Source: Brevundimonas sp.
Lineage (GTDB): Bacteria > Pseudomonadota > Alphaproteobacteria > Caulobacterales > Caulobacteraceae
Reading direction: 5' to 3'
NCBI RefSeq assembly: GCF_044336875.1
Contig: NZ_JBIIOP010000009.1
Span: 50,325 to 114,324 of the forward strand
DNA length: 64,000 bases
Shown: positions 9,189-18,811 of the stretch, one piece after another
How positions within the stretch are numbered: position 1 is the stretch's first letter
Layout: every line of letters starts with the position of its first letter
The notes under the pieces: generated by a model
Databases searched by the model: none
Seen by the model: the letters and a program-made list of their open reading frames with translations, nothing else
Told to the model about the DNA's origin: nothing
Translations under genes and position numbers: made by a program

Positions 9189-12074
9189 ATGTCTCGTATC
9201 ACTCGCGCCAACCGCTTCGCACTGCTGTGCGGCGCGTCCGTCCTGTCGTTATCGGCCATGGCCGCACCGTCCCTCGCTTCGGCGCAGGAAACGTCCGCTC
9301 CCGTTCCGGCCAGCGAGGACGACCAGTCCACCGAAGTCGGCGAGGTCGTGGTCACGGGCCTCCGGGCCAGCCTGGCCTCGGCCCAGTCGATCAAGAAGAA
9401 TTCAGAGCAGTTCGTCGATTCCATCACGGCGGTGGATATCGGTCGCCTGCCCGACGTCAATGTCGCCGAGGCGCTGCAGCGCGTCTCGGGGATCCAGATC
9501 ACGCGCAACTATGGCGAAGGCTCCGGCATCGCCATTCGCGGCCTGACCAACGTGCGTTCCGAGCTCAACGGGCGTGACATCTTCAGCGCCAGCGGCGGCC
9601 GCGGCCTGAGCTGGGAAGAGGTCGGCGCTGATCTTCTGGGCGGGGTGGACGTCTACAAGAACCCGTCGGCCGAGATGATCGAAGGCGGCCTGGGCGGCAC
9701 CATCAACCTGAAGACCCGCCTGCCGTTCGATGCGCCGGGTCGCGTCCTGTCGGCCAGCACCGCCTACACCCATTACGATCTGGCCAATGACGACGGCTAC
9801 AACGCCTCCTTCCTGGCCAGCGACCGCTGGCAGACCTCGGCGGGCGAGTTCGGCGCCCTGCTGAACATGTCCTACGGCGAGACCTCGTTCCGCCAGGATC
9901 TCGACGTGGTCGAGCCCTATCTGGTGCGCACCGACGTGCCGGGCTTCGTCGGTCAGGAGATCGCCGTGCCGAACGGCGGCGGGTTCAAGGTCGGCTTCGG
10001 CGACCGCGAACGCTTCAGCGTGGCGACCGCGCTGCAATGGCGCCCGAACGACAAGACCGAATTCTATCTGCAGGCCCTGCGGACGGAATACACCTTCCAC
10101 GACAATGGTCTGTCCTTCTTCGCCTATGGCGGCAACGGCGTGCCGCTGGACCTGGCGCCGGGCGCGGCCTTTACGGTCGAGGACGGTATCGCCACCTCGG
10201 GCTCCTTCATCAATCCGGGCGTGGATGCGGTCACCTTCGCGACGACCCGCGAAACCGAGACGACCGACATCGCCATCGGGGGCAAATGGCGCCCGACCGA
10301 CCGTCTCCAGATCTCCGCCGACCTGCAGTATATCAATTCCAAGGTCGATCAGCAGACGATGAACCTGACGGCCAGCGTCCTGACCAACACCTCGGGACCC
10401 AGCTTCGATGACGACAGCGATCCGCTGACGCCCAATATACCGATGTTCCCGGGCAACTACGTCTTCAACTTCGACACCCGTCCCTCGATCCCTGAGTTCG
10501 GGACGTCGAACGGCTATTACGGCGACCTCGACAACTATGGTCTGACCGCCGTTCTTCCCTATGCCGAGAAGAACGACGCCGAGAGCTGGGCCGGTCGCGC
10601 CGACATGCGTTGGGACTTCGAGGAAGGTGGCTTCTTCAAGGACTTCCGCGCCGGTGTTCGCGTCACGGACCGCACCGCCGTCAACCGGTCGACCACCTAC
10701 GGCACCTGGACCGCGATCGGTACGACCTGCGCCAACTGGTCCAGCCCCGCCGGCTGCTATCGTCTGGCCGACTTCCCTCAGGTCGCCGAGCAGTTTCCGT
10801 TCCGCAACAGCTTCCTGAACGGCGACGGCCAGAACGTCTTCGGCGACGTCTGGATGTTCGGCCTGCGTCAGGTGGGCGATCCGCAGGCGGTGTTCGACTT
10901 CCTGAACGGCGCGCCGTTCAACCAGAATATCGGCTTCCGCTCGTTCGACGATCCGACCGCCCAGATCTCCAACGTGTCGGAGACGACCTATGCCGGCTAC
11001 GGCGTGGTTCGTTTCGCCTCCAACTTCCTGGGCAAAGACTGGGACGGCAACTTCGGCGTCCGCATCGTCAAGACCGAGTCCGCCTCTGACGGTTTCGAGA
11101 CCATCACTTACCGTGATCCGAGCGGCACGAGCGGCACGCCGACCAATCTGACGATCGTCACTCCGATCGTCGGCAACAACAAATACACCGACATTCTTCC
11201 AAGCCTGAACTTGCGGATGTTCCTGTCGCCTGAACTGCAGCTGCGTTTCGCCGCCTCGCAGAACGTGGCCCGTCCGGACTTCGGTCAGCTGAACGCCAGC
11301 TACAGCATCAGCCCGACGTATGCGAACTCGGGCGACATCCTGCCGATTCCGGGGCAGCGCGGAACCGGCACGGCCGTCGGTAATCCGCTGCTGGATCCGC
11401 AGCGCGTTACCGCGCTGGACTTCGCGGTCGAATGGTATTTCTCGCCGGTCGGCTTCGTCTATGCGACGGCTTTCAAGAAGGACATCAAGGACCTGTTCTT
11501 CAACGTCACGGCGGTGGAGAACTACAACCTGCCAGGTCTCGGCACGGTGCCGTTCAACATCACGCGCTTGAAGAACGTGGACGAGGGCACGCTGGAGGGT
11601 TTCGAGGTCGGCGGTCAGCGCTTCTTCGACTTCCTGCCGTCGCCGTTCGACGGTCTGGGCGTCCAGGCCAACTACACCTTCATCGACTCGAACGCGGCGA
11701 CGGTCGCGGCCAACGCCCAGACGGGCGGCTCTGAAATCTCGGTGCCGATCCAGGGGCTGTCGGAGAACAGCTACAACCTCGTGCTGCTGTACGAGAAGTA
11801 CGGCTTCAACGCCCGTCTCGCCTACAACTGGCGCGACGACTTCCTGCAGACCACGACCGGCGTCGGCACCGGCCAGCTGCCGATCTTCGGCAAGGCCTTC
11901 GGCGTTCTGGACGGTTCGATCAGCTACGACTTCAACGAGCGGCTGGCGGTCACCGTGGATGCGCAGAACATCCTGAACCAGGAATCGCAGACCTATCAGA
12001 TCACCGAGGATCGTTATCGCGACTATCAGCTCGATGATCGCCGGTTCAGCATCCGGGTTCGCCTCCGCTACTAG
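9189..12074 (+). CDS. TonB-dependent receptor (Xanthomonas/Caulobacter carbohydrate type)
   Basis: Signal peptide, TonB box EVVVTG, plug motif DIGRLPDVNVAEALQRVSGIQI, C-terminal aromatic strand (RVRLRY). Start moved to ATG 9189 behind GGAAGAG. Confidence 0.95.
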   Translation: MSRITRANRFALLCGASVLSLSAMAAPSLASAQETSAPVPASEDDQSTEVGEVVVTGLRASLASAQSIKKNSEQFVDSITAVDIGRLPDVNVAEALQRVSGIQITRNYGEGSGIAIRGLTNVRSELNGRDIFSASGGRGLSWEEVGADLLGGVDVYKNPSAEMIEGGLGGTINLKTRLPFDAPGRVLSASTAYTHYDLANDDGYNASFLASDRWQTSAGEFGALLNMSYGETSFRQDLDVVEPYLVRTDVPGFVGQEIAVPNGGGFKVGFGDRERFSVATALQWRPNDKTEFYLQALRTEYTFHDNGLSFFAYGGNGVPLDLAPGAAFTVEDGIATSGSFINPGVDAVTFATTRETETTDIAIGGKWRPTDRLQISADLQYINSKVDQQTMNLTASVLTNTSGPSFDDDSDPLTPNIPMFPGNYVFNFDTRPSIPEFGTSNGYYGDLDNYGLTAVLPYAEKNDAESWAGRADMRWDFEEGGFFKDFRAGVRVTDRTAVNRSTTYGTWTAIGTTCANWSSPAGCYRLADFPQVAEQFPFRNSFLNGDGQNVFGDVWMFGLRQVGDPQAVFDFLNGAPFNQNIGFRSFDDPTAQISNVSETTYAGYGVVRFASNFLGKDWDGNFGVRIVKTESASDGFETITYRDPSGTSGTPTNLTIVTPIVGNNKYTDILPSLNLRMFLSPELQLRFAASQNVARPDFGQLNASYSISPTYANSGDILPIPGQRGTGTAVGNPLLDPQRVTALDFAVEWYFSPVGFVYATAFKKDIKDLFFNVTAVENYNLPGLGTVPFNITRLKNVDEGTLEGFEVGGQRFFDFLPSPFDGLGVQANYTFIDSNAATVAANAQTGGSEISVPIQGLSENSYNLVLLYEKYGFNARLAYNWRDDFLQTTTGVGTGQLPIFGKAFGVLDGSISYDFNERLAVTVDAQNILNQESQTYQITEDRYRDYQLDDRRFSIRVRLRY

Positions 12075-12101
12075 GGGCGTACTGTAAGCCTATCGTTTCT
12101 C

Positions 12102-12127
12102 GGGCGTCGCCGTTCGCGGCGGCGCCT
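12102..12127 (+). other. Intercistronic stem-loop after the TBDR
   Basis: GGGCGTCGCCG-TTCG-CGGCGGCGCCT; weak U-tract. Confidence 0.55.
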
Positions 12128-12158
12128 GATTTCGTTTCGTGACTACGGGAGGACGTCC

Positions 12159-13802
12159 ATGATCAGCAACCGCATGTTCAGGACCTGCACGGCGGGGCTC
12201 GCGCTCGCCGCAACCCTGGCGACGGGCGGCGCCTTCGCCGCCGAACCCATTCCCCAGTTCGTCACCCGCGAGGGCCGCCACGCCCTGATGGTCGACGGCG
12301 CGCCCTTCACCATCCTGGGCGGACAGGTCAACAACTCCTCCAACTATCCAGCCCCCCTGGCCCAGGCCTGGCCGGCCCTGCGATACATGGGCGCCAATAC
12401 GGTCCAGATTCCTCTCGGCTGGGAGCAGATCGAGCCGGAGGAGGGGCGTTTCGACTTCTCCTTCGTGGATCACGCCATCGAACAGGCCCGCGCCAACGAC
12501 ATGCGCGTCGTCTTCCTGTGGTTCGCCACCTGGAAGAACACGGCCCCGGCCTACGCCCCCGCTTGGGTCAAGCTGAACCCCGAGCGGTTCCCGCACCTGA
12601 TCGAGAAGGACGGCAAGGAAAGCTACGCCCTGTCGCCTTATGGCGCTGAGACCCTGGCCGCCGACGCCCGCGCCTACGCCGCCCTGATGCGCCACATTCG
12701 CCAGGTGGACGAGCGCCAGCGCACCGTCATCATGATGCAGCCCGAGAACGAGGTCGGCACCTACGGCCCCGTGCGCGACTATTCCCCGGCTGCGCGCGCC
12801 GCCTTCGCCGCCCCCGTGCCTCAGGCCCTGCTGGACCGTACAGGCAAGTCGCCCGGAACCTGGGCCGAGGTGTTCGGCAAGGACGCGGACGAGTTCTTCC
12901 ACGCCTGGTCCATCGGCCATTACGTCGGCACGGTCGCTGCGGCCGGCAAGGCGGAATATCCGCTGCCCATGTACGTCAACGCCGCCCTGCGCGACGCCAT
13001 CAACGACCAGAACCCGGCGACCTACGCCTCGGGCGGCCCGACCTGGAACGTCATCGAGGTATGGCAGGCCGCCGCCCCGTCGATCGACTTCCTGGCGCCC
13101 GACATCTACACGCGCAAGTCGATCGAGTATGAAGCCCACCTGAACCGTTACGGCCGTCCGGACAACGCCCTTTTCGTCGCCGAGACCGGCAGCGACACCC
13201 AATACGCCCGCTATCTGTTCGAGACCCTGGGGCGGGGCGGCATAGGCTTCTCGCCGTTCGGCATCGATTACACCGGCTATTCCAACTATCCGCTGGGGGC
13301 CAAGGCGATCACCGAGGAGACGCTGGTCCCGTTCCGCGACCTGTATCGGCTGATCGCCCCCTGGCAGCGGACCTGGGCCCGCCTGTCCTTCGAGGGCAGG
13401 GTCTGGGGCGCCGCCGAGCCTGACGACCGCAAGCCCGAGGTCATCGACCTGGGCGACTGGACCGCCACCACCGGCTATCAGCGCTGGCAGTTCGGGGCCA
13501 CTTCCATGGCCATCGATCCGAACGACGTCCCGGCCGCCACGGCCCAGCCGAACGGCGCGATCGCCATCGCCGAGATCGAGCCCGGTCAGTTCATCCTCGC
13601 CGGCCACAACATCCGCATCGACTTCGCCGCCAAGCCCGCGACCGACGGCAAGCGCCGCATGGTCCTGCGCATCGAGGAAGGCCATTTCGACCCCGCCGGG
13701 AAATGGGTGTTCGAACGCATCTGGAACGGCGACCAGGTCGACTACGGCCTCAATTTTTCCGACCGACCGCAGCTGCTGCGCGTCGTCACCGCCACCTACT
13801 GA
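12159..13802 (+). CDS. GH35 beta-galactosidase with DUF5597-type C-terminus
   Basis: Sec signal; [22 protein letters not shown] (acid/base), [14 protein letters not shown] (nucleophile). Same type as xyloglucan-locus beta-galactosidases. Confidence 0.85.
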   Translation: MISNRMFRTCTAGLALAATLATGGAFAAEPIPQFVTREGRHALMVDGAPFTILGGQVNNSSNYPAPLAQAWPALRYMGANTVQIPLGWEQIEPEEGRFDFSFVDHAIEQARANDMRVVFLWFATWKNTAPAYAPAWVKLNPERFPHLIEKDGKESYALSPYGAETLAADARAYAALMRHIRQVDERQRTVIMMQPENEVGTYGPVRDYSPAARAAFAAPVPQALLDRTGKSPGTWAEVFGKDADEFFHAWSIGHYVGTVAAAGKAEYPLPMYVNAALRDAINDQNPATYASGGPTWNVIEVWQAAAPSIDFLAPDIYTRKSIEYEAHLNRYGRPDNALFVAETGSDTQYARYLFETLGRGGIGFSPFGIDYTGYSNYPLGAKAITEETLVPFRDLYRLIAPWQRTWARLSFEGRVWGAAEPDDRKPEVIDLGDWTATTGYQRWQFGATSMAIDPNDVPAATAQPNGAIAIAEIEPGQFILAGHNIRIDFAAKPATDGKRRMVLRIEEGHFDPAGKWVFERIWNGDQVDYGLNFSDRPQLLRVVTATY

Positions 13803-13826
13803 CCTGTCTGTAAAGCGAGCGCCCCC

Positions 13827-16763
13827 ATGACCTCGACCCTCGCCCGCCGCCTGATGCTGGCCGCCCTGATGATTGCGCCCCTGAGCGCCTGCGCCGGATC
13901 AGGCCTGATGGACAGCGCCTCCGCCGGCGCTCTCGAACAGGCCGCCTTCGAGCGTATCCCCGCCGGGATCGTCATCGCCCCGACCGAGGGCGCGGCCCGC
14001 CGTGTTCGCCTGGAGGTCTATGGCCCCGAGACCATTCGCGTCACGGCGACCGAAAACGCCGATCTGGAACTGCCGGCCAGCCTTATGGTCACGGCCCAGC
14101 CCTCGACCACGACCCCGTTCGAGGTCGAGACCCGCGGCGAACTGGTCGTGTTGAAGACCGCCGAGGCCACGGCCGAGGTCTCGCGCCGGACCGGCGCCGT
14201 CCGCTTCCTCGACGAGAACGGCCGGGAGGTGCTGAAGGAACGGGCCGGCGTGCGCGAACTCAGCCCCGTCACCGTCGAGGACCAGGCCGGAGATCACCGT
14301 TTCCTGGCCACCCGCCAGGTCTGGGACAGCCCTGCCGACGAGGCCTTCTACGGCCTGGGTCAGCATCAGCAGGGCGTGATGAACTACAAGGGCCGCGACG
14401 TTCAACTGGCCCAGCACAATATGGACGTGGGCGTCCCCTTCGTCGTCTCCAGCCGCAACTACGGCCTGCTGTGGGATAATAACTCGATCACCCGGTTCGG
14501 CGATCCGCGGCCCTATGGCATGATCTCGGACCAGTTCATCGTCCGCGACGCCACCGGCCGCTTCGGTGGTCTGACCGCCAGCTACTATCAGGACGATCAA
14601 CTCAAGGTTCAGCGCCAGGAGACGGAGGTGAACTACGAGTTCATCCGCGAATGGTCGCGCTGGCCCGAAGGCTTCAAGTCGCAACCGGGCCAGCCGGTCC
14701 AGACCGGCGACATGGGCAAGCCGGGCCAGGCGGGCGTCAGGGTCGTCTGGGAAGGCACGCTGGAAACCGCCGAGGCCGGCCTGCACAAGTTCCGCCTCTA
14801 TTCGTCGGGCTACGCCAAGGTCACCATCGACGGCAAGGTGGTCGAACAGAACTGGCGCCAGAACTGGAACGCCTTCGACCATGATTTCCAGGTCGAGATG
14901 GCCGCCGACACGCGCGTGCCGATCAAGATCGAGTGGACGCCGGAGGACGGCTATATCTCGCTGCGCCACATGGATCCGCTGCCGGCCGCAGACCAGGGCG
15001 CATTGAGCCTGGCCTCGGAAGTCGGCACGGCCATCGACTACTACTACGTCGGCGGCGACGACATCGACGGCGTCATCTCCAACTATCGCGGCCTGACCGG
15101 CAAGTCGGTGATGCTGCCCCGCGCCGCCTACGGCTTCTGGCAGAGCCGCCAGCGCTACAACACCCAGGACGAGGTCGTCGACGCCGTGCGCGGCTATCGC
15201 GAGCGCGGCCTGCCGATCGACATGGTGGTGCAGGACTGGTTCTACTGGCCCGAGAACGCCTGGGGCTCGCACCAGTTCGACCCCGCCCGCTATCCGAACC
15301 CGACCCAGATGGTGAAGGACGTTCACGACATGAACGCCAACATCATCATTTCGGTCTGGCCGAAATTCTATCCGACCACCGACCATTACAAGCAGCTGGA
15401 CGCCATTGGCGGCATGTATACGCGCAACGTCGACGTCGGTGCGCGCGACTGGGTCGGCCCCGGTTACGCCAACAGCTTCTACGACCCCTATCTGCCGGCG
15501 GCGCGCGACCTTTACTGGAAGCAGATGTCCGACAGTTTCAAGGGCATGGGCTTCGACGGCTGGTGGCTGGATTCGGTCGAGCCGGACATGCACTCCAACC
15601 TCGACTTCGCCGAACGGACCCTGCGCATGGGCCCGACCGCCAACGGTCCCGGCGCCTATGTGTTCAACTCGTATCCGCTGATGAACGCCGAGAACGTCTA
15701 TCGCCATTTCCGGGCCGAGCATGACGACCAGCGGACCACCATCCTGACCCGCTCCGCCTGGGGCGGTCTGCAGCGCACCGGTTCGGTCCTGTGGTCGGGC
15801 GATGTGGTCGCGCGATGGGACAATCTGCGCGACCAGATCTCGGCCGGCGTCAACGCCGGCCTGTCGGGACTGCCCAACTGGACCCACGACATCGGCGGAT
15901 TCTCGGTTGAGAGCCGTTATTCCAACACCGCCGGCATGAAGCCCGAGGACAAGGCCGAGTGGGACGAGCTGCAGCTGCGCTGGTTCCAGTTCGGGGCCTG
16001 GTCGCCGATCTTCCGTTCCCACGGGGAGTTCCCGCTGAGAGAAGTCTATAATCTGGCCCAGCCCGGCACCGACTACTACGCCGCCTACGCCGAGCAGCTG
16101 CGCACCCGCTACCGGCTGATGCCCTATATCTACAGCCTGGCCGGCGACACCTATCTGCGCGACGGCACCATTATGCGCGGTCTGGTCATGGACTTCCCGT
16201 CCGATCTGAAGGCGCGCGACATCGACGACCAGTACATGTTCGGCCACGCCCTGCTCGTGGCGCCCGTCACCGAGTACAAGGCGCGGGGCCGCTCGGTCTA
16301 TTTCCCGGCCGGGGCCGAATGGTACGACCTGCTGACCGGCCAGAAGTACGCCGGCGGCCGATCGACCACCGTCGCGGCCGCCCTGGGCAAGATCCCGGTC
16401 TTCGTTCGCGCGGGCTCGATCCTGCCGACCGGACCGGCCATCACCTATACGGCCGAGAAGCTGGACGGCCCCTTGACCCTGGTGGTCTATACCGGCGCCG
16501 ACGGGTCGTTCTCGCTCTATGAGGACGAGGGCCGGTCCTACGCCTACGAGCGCGGCGAGTTCTCGACCATCCCGATGCGCTGGAATGACGCGACCGGCGT
16601 CCTGACCATCGGCGCCCGCGCCGGGGCCTATGCGGGCATGCCGATGAACCGCACGATCAATGTGCGCTTCGTCAGCGGACCGGGTGCGGATGTCGGCGAT
16701 TTCGACGCCGCTCCGGCGAAGACGATCCAGTACACGGGCGAGGCCGTCGAGGTCCGCCGTTAG
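13827..16763 (+). CDS. GH31 alpha-xylosidase with PA14 insertion, lipoprotein
   Basis: Lipobox LSAC; WLDSVEPD nucleophile, LWSGD acid/base, WTHDIGGF. PA14-like insert (VVWEGTL...HKFRLYSSGYAKVTIDG) as in Cellvibrio Xyl31A. Confidence 0.92.
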   Translation: MTSTLARRLMLAALMIAPLSACAGSGLMDSASAGALEQAAFERIPAGIVIAPTEGAARRVRLEVYGPETIRVTATENADLELPASLMVTAQPSTTTPFEVETRGELVVLKTAEATAEVSRRTGAVRFLDENGREVLKERAGVRELSPVTVEDQAGDHRFLATRQVWDSPADEAFYGLGQHQQGVMNYKGRDVQLAQHNMDVGVPFVVSSRNYGLLWDNNSITRFGDPRPYGMISDQFIVRDATGRFGGLTASYYQDDQLKVQRQETEVNYEFIREWSRWPEGFKSQPGQPVQTGDMGKPGQAGVRVVWEGTLETAEAGLHKFRLYSSGYAKVTIDGKVVEQNWRQNWNAFDHDFQVEMAADTRVPIKIEWTPEDGYISLRHMDPLPAADQGALSLASEVGTAIDYYYVGGDDIDGVISNYRGLTGKSVMLPRAAYGFWQSRQRYNTQDEVVDAVRGYRERGLPIDMVVQDWFYWPENAWGSHQFDPARYPNPTQMVKDVHDMNANIIISVWPKFYPTTDHYKQLDAIGGMYTRNVDVGARDWVGPGYANSFYDPYLPAARDLYWKQMSDSFKGMGFDGWWLDSVEPDMHSNLDFAERTLRMGPTANGPGAYVFNSYPLMNAENVYRHFRAEHDDQRTTILTRSAWGGLQRTGSVLWSGDVVARWDNLRDQISAGVNAGLSGLPNWTHDIGGFSVESRYSNTAGMKPEDKAEWDELQLRWFQFGAWSPIFRSHGEFPLREVYNLAQPGTDYYAAYAEQLRTRYRLMPYIYSLAGDTYLRDGTIMRGLVMDFPSDLKARDIDDQYMFGHALLVAPVTEYKARGRSVYFPAGAEWYDLLTGQKYAGGRSTTVAAALGKIPVFVRAGSILPTGPAITYTAEKLDGPLTLVVYTGADGSFSLYEDEGRSYAYERGEFSTIPMRWNDATGVLTIGARAGAYAGMPMNRTINVRFVSGPGADVGDFDAAPAKTIQYTGEAVEVRR

Positions 16764-16774
16764 TCGGCCATACG

Positions 16775-16805
16775 CCGCTCATCCCCGCCCATCGGGGATG
16801 AGCGG
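16775..16805 (+). other. Perfect 13-bp intercistronic hairpin
   Basis: CCGCTCATCCCCG-CCCAT-CGGGGATGAGCGG; no U-tract. Confidence 0.7.
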
Positions 16806-16827
16806 GTTCAGATCACAGGAGGCGCGG

Positions 16828-18798
16828 ATGCGCTCGTTGCTGCTCACCGCCGTGGCGGCCGCCGTCCTTGCGACGACGACAGCCGTCCCCGTTCAGGCCC
16901 AGAACACGGAGGTGGTGAACACGGCCGCCGGGCCTCTGCTGGACGCGATGTTCCAGGACCACGCCGTGCTTCAGCGCGATCGGCCGGTGGCCGTGTGGGG
17001 CAGGGCGGCGCCGGGCGCCTCCGTCACCGTTGCGTTCGACCAGGTCCAGGTTCAGGCCGTCGCCGACGCGGACGGGGGCTGGCGCACCCATCTGCCGTCC
17101 CTGCCCGCCGGCGGGCCCCACGTCCTGACCGCCCGCAGCGGCGGCTCCACCCAGACGGTGGCGGACGTCATGGTCGGCGATGTCTGGCTGTGCTCGGGCC
17201 AGTCGAACATGGAGTATCAGCTCCGTCAGGTCACCAACGCCGACATCGAAATCAACAATGCACGCGACGAGGGCCTGCGCCTGTTTCTGGTCGGTCGGTC
17301 CAGCAAGCCGGCCCCGTCGACCTCGACCGCGCCCGTGGGCCAGTGGCGTCTGACCACGCCGGACAGCGCGCGCGACTTCTCCGCCGCCTGCTATTTCATG
17401 GGCCGCGACCTGCGCAAGGCGCAGACCGTTCCGATCGGCCTGATCGCCGCATCCTGGGGCGGATCGATCATCGAGGACTGGCTCAGCCGACAGACCCTGA
17501 CCGATCTGGGCGGCAATCAGCAGGCCCTGGCCGCCCTGGCCGCCTACGCCCGGTCGCCTGAGGACGGCGAGGCGCTCTGGCGCGACATCACCCTGGCCTG
17601 GTGGAAGGACAATGATCCGGGCACGAAACAGGGCTGGAACGGCGAACGGTTCGACGACCGCGCCTGGGCGCCCATCCCGGCGGAGGGAGCCTGGGAAAAC
17701 ACCGTCCCGGCCTTGGCCGGCTTCGACGGCGTGGTGTGGATGCGCAACACGGTCCAGGTGACGGCCGCTCAGGCCCGTCAGCCGGCGACCCTCGAACTCG
17801 GCCCGGTCGACGACGTCGACACCACCTGGGTCAACGGACGCTGGATCGGCGGCGGCCAGGGGTGGGATACGCCCCGCACCTACAGTCTGCCGGCCGGAAC
17901 CTTGACGTCCGGCCGCAACAGCATCGCCGTCGGAGTTCTGGACACCAATGGCGGCGGCGGGGCCTGGGGACCGGCGTCGGCGAAACGGATCGTGTTTGCG
18001 GACGGCTCGACCGTCTCCCTGTCCAGCGGCTGGCGTCACCAGGTTTCGGCCCAGGTCGCGTCCCTGTCCTCCCTGCCGCGAACGCCCTGGATCGGCGGCA
18101 GCGGCATGACCACTCTCTACAATGGCATGATCGTCCCCCTGGGCGCCTACGGCCTGAAGGGCGCCGCCTGGTATCAGGGCGAGTCCAACGCCGGCGACGC
18201 GCCCGGCTATTCGAAACTGTTGCCGGCCTTGTTCGCCGACTGGCGCGCTCGGTTCGAGAACCCGGACCTGGAGATGCTGGTGGTGCAGCTGGCCAACTAC
18301 GGCCCGGCTGTGACCCAGCCGACCGACAGCCTGTGGGCGGCCCTGCGCGAAAGCCAGCGCCGCACCGTCGCCGCCGATCCGCACGCCGGGCTGGCGCTCG
18401 CGATCGACATCGGCGACCGCTACGACATCCATCCGACCAACAAGCAGGAGGTGGGTCGCAGGCTGGCGTTGGAGGCCTTGCGTCTGGCCGGCCTCTCCAC
18501 CGTCTCGTCGCCGCAGCCCGTCGCCATCGAACGCGGCGCCGATGGGGTGCATGTTCGCTATGCCGCCGGGACGGCCCTGAGCCTGTACGGCTTCAACCGC
18601 CCGGTCGGGTTCGAACTGTGCGACGCGGAGGGCGCCTGCCGCTTTGTCGACGCCACCCTGACCGGGGATCAGATCGTGCTGCCGTCCGCCCGGCCGAGCG
18701 ACGTCAAGGTGCGGTTGTGCTGGGCGGAAAGCCCGATCTGCAACCTGTATGGTCCGTCAAACCTGCCGGCGGTTCCGTTCGAGGCGCCGATCGTCTGA
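16828..18798 (+). CDS. Sialate O-acetylesterase-like SGNH esterase (CE20 xyloglucan acetylesterase-like)
   Basis: Sec signal; CSGQSNME catalytic Ser, WYQGESN, DIGDRYDIHP (Asp-His). SGNH domain is split by an inserted domain. Start moved to ATG 16828. Confidence 0.88.
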   Translation: MRSLLLTAVAAAVLATTTAVPVQAQNTEVVNTAAGPLLDAMFQDHAVLQRDRPVAVWGRAAPGASVTVAFDQVQVQAVADADGGWRTHLPSLPAGGPHVLTARSGGSTQTVADVMVGDVWLCSGQSNMEYQLRQVTNADIEINNARDEGLRLFLVGRSSKPAPSTSTAPVGQWRLTTPDSARDFSAACYFMGRDLRKAQTVPIGLIAASWGGSIIEDWLSRQTLTDLGGNQQALAALAAYARSPEDGEALWRDITLAWWKDNDPGTKQGWNGERFDDRAWAPIPAEGAWENTVPALAGFDGVVWMRNTVQVTAAQARQPATLELGPVDDVDTTWVNGRWIGGGQGWDTPRTYSLPAGTLTSGRNSIAVGVLDTNGGGGAWGPASAKRIVFADGSTVSLSSGWRHQVSAQVASLSSLPRTPWIGGSGMTTLYNGMIVPLGAYGLKGAAWYQGESNAGDAPGYSKLLPALFADWRARFENPDLEMLVVQLANYGPAVTQPTDSLWAALRESQRRTVAADPHAGLALAIDIGDRYDIHPTNKQEVGRRLALEALRLAGLSTVSSPQPVAIERGADGVHVRYAAGTALSLYGFNRPVGFELCDAEGACRFVDATLTGDQIVLPSARPSDVKVRLCWAESPICNLYGPSNLPAVPFEAPIV

Positions 18799-18811
18799 AC
18801 GGGGGGCGGGC

